Assembly (NCBI GenBank): GCA_003221005.1
Contig: QHTZ01000085.1
Location: 1 to 47,628, forward strand
From: Gemmatimonadota bacterium
GTDB lineage: Bacteria > Gemmatimonadota > Gemmatimonadetes > Gemmatimonadales > GWC2-71-9
Reading direction: 5' to 3'
DNA: 47,628 nucleotides
A program made the position numbers and the translations under genes. Shown here piece after piece: positions 46,582-47,628 of the stretch. The number at the start of each line of letters is the position of its first letter. Position 1 is the stretch's first letter. The notes under the pieces are model-generated. The model ran no database searches, had not been told where the DNA came from, and saw only the letters and a program-made list of their open reading frames with translations.

Positions 46582-47620
46582 CGTCATGCTCGGGATCGAG
46601 ACGTCGTGCGACGAGACCTCGGCGGCGCTGCTCGTGGGCGAGCGGTCGCGCCCCGAGCTCGCGAGCCTCGTGATCCTGTCGCAGGACGTGCATCGCGTAT
46701 TCGGAGGCGTGGTGCCTGAGCTCGCGAGCCGCGCGCACCTCGCCGCGCTCCCTGCCGTGGTGGAGCGCGCCCTCGTTGAGGCGGGTGTGGGGTGGCACGC
46801 CGTGGACGCCGTCGCGGTCACGGCGGGACCAGGTCTCGTGGGCGCGCTGCTCGTCGGCGTGGTGTACGCCAAGGCGCTCGCCTACGCGGGCGACCGCGCC
46901 CTGATCGGCGTCAACCATCTCGAGGGTCACCTCTTCGCCCCCCTGGTCGAGGACCCCCAGCTCGAGCCGCCATTCGTGGCGCTGCTCGTCTCGGGGGGCC
47001 ACACGCTGCTGCTCGACGTGCCCGCCTGGGGACGCTACCGGCTCCTGGGAGCGACGCGCGACGACGCCGCCGGCGAGGCGTTCGACAAAGTCGCCACGCT
47101 GCTCGGCCTGGGCTATCCCGGCGGACCGGAGATCGAGCGCCTCGCCGCCACGGGCGACCCGACCCGGTTCACCTTCCCGCGGCCGATGCGGGACGCAGGC
47201 TTCGAGTTCTCCTTCTCGGGGCTCAAGACGGCGGTGCTGCACGCCGTGCGCGGCTCCGACGACCTCGAGCGGGACCGGCCGCACCTCGCCCGGGCGTTCC
47301 AAGACGCGGTCCTCGACGTGCTCGTGACCAAGCTCGAGCGCGCGATCCAGGCGACGGGCTATCGTATCGCGCTGCTCGGGGGCGGGGTCGCTTGCAGCCG
47401 CGCCCTCGCCGAGCTCGCCGCGCGGCGACTGGCGGGCTGCGCCCGCGTCGCCGTGGCGAGCCCTCGCCTCAATGCCGACAACGCCGCGATGATCGCGCGC
47501 GCCGGGTGGTACCGCCTCGCGCTGGGCGAGCGCAGCGACTGGACTCTCGACGCCCGTGCCGACCTGCCGCTCCCGGGACTGGAGCCAGCCACCCTTCCCG
47601 ACCTCACCCCACACCCATGA
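46574..47620 (+). CDS. tsaD: tRNA N6-threonylcarbamoyladenosine transferase
   Basis: GIETSCDET, GGVVPELASRAH, HLEGH, SGGHT, DDAAGEAFDK, FSFSGLKT, DNAAMIA. Confidence 0.97.
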   Translation: MADVMLGIETSCDETSAALLVGERSRPELASLVILSQDVHRVFGGVVPELASRAHLAALPAVVERALVEAGVGWHAVDAVAVTAGPGLVGALLVGVVYAKALAYAGDRALIGVNHLEGHLFAPLVEDPQLEPPFVALLVSGGHTLLLDVPAWGRYRLLGATRDDAAGEAFDKVATLLGLGYPGGPEIERLAATGDPTRFTFPRPMRDAGFEFSFSGLKTAVLHAVRGSDDLERDRPHLARAFQDAVLDVLVTKLERAIQATGYRIALLGGGVACSRALAELAARRLAGCARVAVASPRLNADNAAMIARAGWYRLALGERSDWTLDARADLPLPGLEPATLPDLTPHP

Positions 47621-47628
47621 CCATCTAT

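Noticed and set aside
47617-47628. ATG overlapping the tsaD stop (MTIY...)
   Set aside because: Probably the next gene, but only 4 codons are visible.

Overview
High-GC (roughly 70% by eye) bacterial core-chromosome segment. Gene content and order (yebC-ruvC-ruvA-ruvB-queA-tgt-yajC-def-fmt-thiE-thiS-thiG-rsmB-PASTA-rpe-tlpA-ybbR-tsaD; argR-argG-argH; PBP1A/tyrS; an LPS glycosyltransferase/msbA cluster with a PorX-like REC-PglZ gene) suggest Gemmatimonadota; this is an inference. I found no rRNA, tRNA, CRISPR array, transposase or integrase. About 48 CDS tile the window. The main unexplained signals are: (1) short 7-8-mer tandem repeat tracts, several with inverted partners, lying intergenically and in frame within housekeeping genes (amidohydrolase, queA, tgt, thiE, rsmB); (2) a highly structured ~300-nt leader or ncRNA upstream of a NYN-LOTUS RNase that has an RGG tail; (3) a patatin-ferredoxin fusion; (4) a 54-aa Zn-ribbon ORF between ruvA and ruvB that is missing from the ORF track; (5) a DnaB C-terminal-only paralog preceded by a perfect 20-bp tandem duplication; (6) three genes broken by apparent internal deletions, possibly assembly artefacts. 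Tandem ARG boxes and a sigma54 promoter with a candidate activator site are also visible.
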